From a bacterium (GTDB taxonomy: Bacteria; SAR324; NAC60-12): DNA of 64,000 nucleotides. Shown piece after piece: positions 60,702 to 64,000 of this stretch (the stretch's first letter is position 1; every line of letters starts with the position of its first letter). The notes beneath the pieces were generated by a model. The model did not search any database and had not been told where the DNA came from. It saw only the letters and a list, made by a program, of their open reading frames with translations. Both the position numbers and the translations under genes were made by a program. Location of the stretch: the NCBI GenBank assembly GCA_965209155.1, contig OZ242383.1:2656001-2720000 (forward strand). Reading direction: 5' to 3'.

Positions 60702-61742
60702 ATGAAAATGCAGAAATATATTTTGAGTTTGGTAACATCAGTTGCGTTGTTGATTCCGACTTTCTTACTAGCGGAAGAAGTCAACATTTATTCTACGCGT
60801 CAGGAGTTTTTAATGCGTCCGTTTCTAAACGTATTTGAGCAACAGACGGGAATTAATGTCAATGTGGTCTATATAAAATCGGGGCTCTTAGAGCGATTGA
60901 AAGCCGAAGGGATGAACAGTCCCGCAGACGTTGTACTGACGGTGGATATTTCCAATTTAACCAAGCTTGCGGATGAGGGGGTGCTTCAATCGATCGATTC
61001 GGACGTCATCGAGGCGAATATACCTGCGGAATTTCGCAATCCTGATGGATTGTGGACCGGATTGACTGCGAGGGCCAGGGTGATCTATTATTCCAAAGAC
61101 CGGGTTGACGTCAACAAGTTGTCCACTTATGAAGATTTGGTCGACCCCATGTACCGGGGAAGAATCTGTACGCGATCAGGCCTGCATAACTACAACATTG
61201 CGCTCTTGTCTTCCATTATTGCTCATCATGGCAGAGACTATGCGCTGAATTGGGCTAAAGGTCTGCTTGCCAATTTAGCTCGAAAACCGCAGGGTAATGA
61301 CCGCGCTCAAGTTAAAGCCATTTCCGAAGGAGAGTGTGATTTTTCTCTGGGCAACTCGTACTATATGGGAAAAATGCTGGAAAATCCGGATCAACGTGAT
61401 TGGGCGGCCTCTGCCGGTATTTTCTTCCCCAATCAAAATGATCGCGGGACGCACATGAATCTCAGCGGCGGTGGTGTGACTCAAAGTTCCAACAACCTGG
61501 AAAACGCAATCGGGTTGCTCGAGTTTTTGACGGACAACCTGGCACAGCAAATGTATGCCCAGGTCAATCATGAATATCCTTTGAAAAAAGGGGTGATGTT
61601 GTCTGGGATTGTTCAATCATTTGGAAAAGGTCAACCTGGTATCGAGAATGGCGTTTTCAAGCGTGACACGACCGACCTTGCTACAATTGGTAATTTTCGG
61701 ACTGAGGCGTTTGAAATTATGAATGAAGCCGGTTACGAGTGA
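60702..61742 (+). CDS. Fe3+ ABC transporter substrate-binding protein (FutA/FbpA-like)
   Basis: VNIYSTRQ, SPADVVLTVD, ICTRSG..YN, KPQGNDRAQ, NSYYMG, RGTHMN. Confidence 0.92.
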   Translation: MKMQKYILSLVTSVALLIPTFLLAEEVNIYSTRQEFLMRPFLNVFEQQTGINVNVVYIKSGLLERLKAEGMNSPADVVLTVDISNLTKLADEGVLQSIDSDVIEANIPAEFRNPDGLWTGLTARARVIYYSKDRVDVNKLSTYEDLVDPMYRGRICTRSGLHNYNIALLSSIIAHHGRDYALNWAKGLLANLARKPQGNDRAQVKAISEGECDFSLGNSYYMGKMLENPDQRDWAASAGIFFPNQNDRGTHMNLSGGGVTQSSNNLENAIGLLEFLTDNLAQQMYAQVNHEYPLKKGVMLSGIVQSFGKGQPGIENGVFKRDTTDLATIGNFRTEAFEIMNEAGYE

Positions 61743-63451
61743 ACTCAACCAAATTCAAAAATTGCTTTGATGGCTGGTCCGTATTTACGGTATTACTGGC
61801 ATTGATTTTTTCAATTCCCATTTTTGCGGTAATCGGACTGGCCTTCACACCAAGTGATGAGGTTTGGTCTCATCTCTCTTCGACCGTCCTGCCTCGGTAT
61901 GTGCGCAACACCTTATTATTGATGCTCGGAGTAGGGGCAGGCGTTGTTGTGATTGGAACCAGCACCGCTTGGGTGGTAACCATGTATCGGTTCCCGGGGC
62001 AGCGGGTCTTTGAATGGGCTTTGTTTTTGCCTCTCGCCATGCCGGCCTATGTCATTGCCACCGTCTATGTGCAACTCCTCGAATTTGCTGGTCCCATCCA
62101 ATCCTTCCTGAGAATGATATTTGGTTGGCAAAGTACCAGGGACTATTGGTTCCCGCAAATCGTTTCATTGGAGGGAGCAATAACCATGATGATCCTGGTA
62201 CTCTATCCTTACGTCTATTTGCTCGCCAGGGCATCATTTCTGGAACTTTCCACGAATGTCATGGAAGTGGGTCAAATCCTGGGAAAGGGAGCTTGGAAAA
62301 ATTTTTGGCAAGTGGCCCTACCTCTGTCAAGACCTGCCATAGTTGTTGGATTAATTCTGGCATTGATGGAAACGATCAGTGATTTTGGTACGGTGAAAAT
62401 CTTCGCTGTCAGTACATTTACGACCGGAATATATACAGTATGGTTGGGAATGTACAATGCGCCCGGCGCCGCGCAACTGGCCACTACTTTGTTGGTCTTT
62501 GTGTCGATTTTAATTTTTTTGGAACGACTATCCCGGCATCGTAAACGCTATCATCCCAGCGATCAAAACAGGATGGAAAGAAAAAAACTTCAACTTCACG
62601 GGAAACGTGCGCTGCTGGCATTTCTGTGTTGTTTTATACCCATTTTGTTTGGCTTTTTAATCCCATTTCTACTTTTGATCAAGTGGGTATTCGAAACCTA
62701 TCAAGAAACCTTCACCCACCGCTTTATTAATGATGCTTCCAATAGCGTGTTGCTTGCCGGTATCGCGGCCGGACTATCTGTTTTATTGGCCCTTTTGACG
62801 GCCTACGGCTTACGGCTCCGTCCCACGAAATTGTTGCGGATCACCACTCGCATCGCCACCCTGGGATATGCTGTGCCGGGTCCCATCATCGCGCTTGGCG
62901 TGCTCTTACCATTTGCTGGTTTGGACAATGCCGTCGATCGATTGATGCGAGAGACCTTCGGTGTCTCGACGGGACTTATCCTCAGTGGGACGATCTTCGC
63001 AGTCATCTTTGCTTATCTGGTCCGTTTTCTGGCATTATCCTTTGGCACCCTGGAAGCAGGATTGACGAAAATTACGAAAAATTTCGAAGACGTCTCGAGA
63101 ACGCTCGGGCAGGGAACCCTTTCCACCTTGAGGCGGGTTCATTTCCCTCTTTTGCATGGCAGTCTGCTCACTGCAGCAATTTTAGTGTTTGTCGATGTGA
63201 TGAAGGAATTGCCCCTGACCTTGATGCTACAACCCTTCAACTTCAGCACATTGGCCACTCGCATTTATGAATATGCCTCCGAGGAACGTTTGAATGAATG
63301 CTCCCTTTGGTCGGTGGCGATTGTCTTGGTCGGTATCGTCCCAGTCGTCATACTGAGTCGTGGAATAGCTAAATCACGCAGAGAGCAAAGCCCTTCCGAG
63401 ACCCCTGATGCTCTCTTGTGGATCGAAAAATGGAAAGCCATTGAAGATTGA
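61739..63451 (+). CDS. Fe3+ ABC transporter permease (FbpB-like)
   Basis: LPLAMPAYV, LYPYVYL, DFGTV, GYAVPG, DVMKELP. Confidence 0.92.
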   Translation: MNSTKFKNCFDGWSVFTVLLALIFSIPIFAVIGLAFTPSDEVWSHLSSTVLPRYVRNTLLLMLGVGAGVVVIGTSTAWVVTMYRFPGQRVFEWALFLPLAMPAYVIATVYVQLLEFAGPIQSFLRMIFGWQSTRDYWFPQIVSLEGAITMMILVLYPYVYLLARASFLELSTNVMEVGQILGKGAWKNFWQVALPLSRPAIVVGLILALMETISDFGTVKIFAVSTFTTGIYTVWLGMYNAPGAAQLATTLLVFVSILIFLERLSRHRKRYHPSDQNRMERKKLQLHGKRALLAFLCCFIPILFGFLIPFLLLIKWVFETYQETFTHRFINDASNSVLLAGIAAGLSVLLALLTAYGLRLRPTKLLRITTRIATLGYAVPGPIIALGVLLPFAGLDNAVDRLMRETFGVSTGLILSGTIFAVIFAYLVRFLALSFGTLEAGLTKITKNFEDVSRTLGQGTLSTLRRVHFPLLHGSLLTAAILVFVDVMKELPLTLMLQPFNFSTLATRIYEYASEERLNECSLWSVAIVLVGIVPVVILSRGIAKSRREQSPSETPDALLWIEKWKAIED

Positions 63452-63514
63452 GATAAAAATTGGTAGGTTATGCTGATCTCACAGGTTCTTGCAAATTGAG
63501 GTTAGTTTATAAAT

Positions 63515-64000
63515 TTGAAAACGCTCATCCTGGAATGCCAATCCATCAGCAAAAACTATGGTTCCCTCAAAGCGGTGAACAACGTCAGTTTCAAGCTCTA
63601 TCGCAAAGAATTTTTAGCGATATTGGGACCTTCCGGCTGTGGTAAATCGACGATATTACGCATGATAGCAGGCTTGGAAACACTGAACCATGGAAAAGTC
63701 TTGTTGCAAAACCAAGTTGTTTCTGAAAAGGAAAAGTTAGTCGTCCCGGAACAGCGAGGCGTGGGGATGGTCTTTCAAGATATTTCTTTATTTCCGCATT
63801 TGAATGTCAGCGAAAACATTGCTTTCGGATTAAAAGGTAGCAAAAAAGAAAAAAGACAACGCGTGAAAGAAATGTTGGCTCTGGTGAGTTTGACGGATTG
63901 CTCAGACAAAATGCCACACATGCTTTCGGGTGGGCAGCAACAACGGGTTGCGGTTGCGCGATCCCTCGCCCCCTCACCCGAATTGATTCTACTGGACGAA
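63515..64000 (+). CDS. Fe3+ ABC transporter ATP-binding protein (FbpC-like), truncated by the window end
   Basis: Own translation from TTG 63515: GPSGCGKST, GMVFQD, LSGGQQQRVA, ILLDE. Confidence 0.9.
   Translation, partial: MKTLILECQSISKNYGSLKAVNNVSFKLYRKEFLAILGPSGCGKSTILRMIAGLETLNHGKVLLQNQVVSEKEKLVVPEQRGVGMVFQDISLFPHLNVSENIAFGLKGSKKEKRQRVKEMLALVSLTDCSDKMPHMLSGGQQQRVAVARSLAPSPELILLDE

Overview
64 kb of a Gram-negative bacterial chromosome. The gene repertoire tentatively suggests a deltaproteobacterial/SAR324-like organism; this is inference only. Core genes: proS (partial), a double-domain thyX, a partial nuoABCDHI cluster, upp, cinA, sfsA, ftsB-like, dus, CIRCE-controlled hsp20, mdh-sucC-sucD, apaG, thpR and a Fe3+ ABC transporter. 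Accessory genes: two LLM/F420-type oxidoreductases, an amidase, a fatty-acid oxidation enzyme, a Cu ATPase, tandem SDRs, a Gld-like ABC cluster with a DUF4340-FKBP fusion, three family-5 solute-binding proteins with four permeases but no ATPase, an ATP-grasp/alpha-E/transglutaminase operon and a TonB-dependent receptor. Mobile and repeat content is rich: a complete IS1595-family element splitting an SDR gene, an IS200-type element, a ~185-bp MITE-like repeat in three copies, several REP-like hairpins, and an Rpn nuclease/orphan antitoxin patch bounded by a duplicated SDR 3' end. The most unusual structure is a tiny four-helix-bundle gene cassette. It has heptamer-built inverted repeats and repeated target-like ends, sits at the stop codon of an ABC permease, and is followed by a deleted tandem copy. 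No rRNA, tRNA or CRISPR array was recognised.
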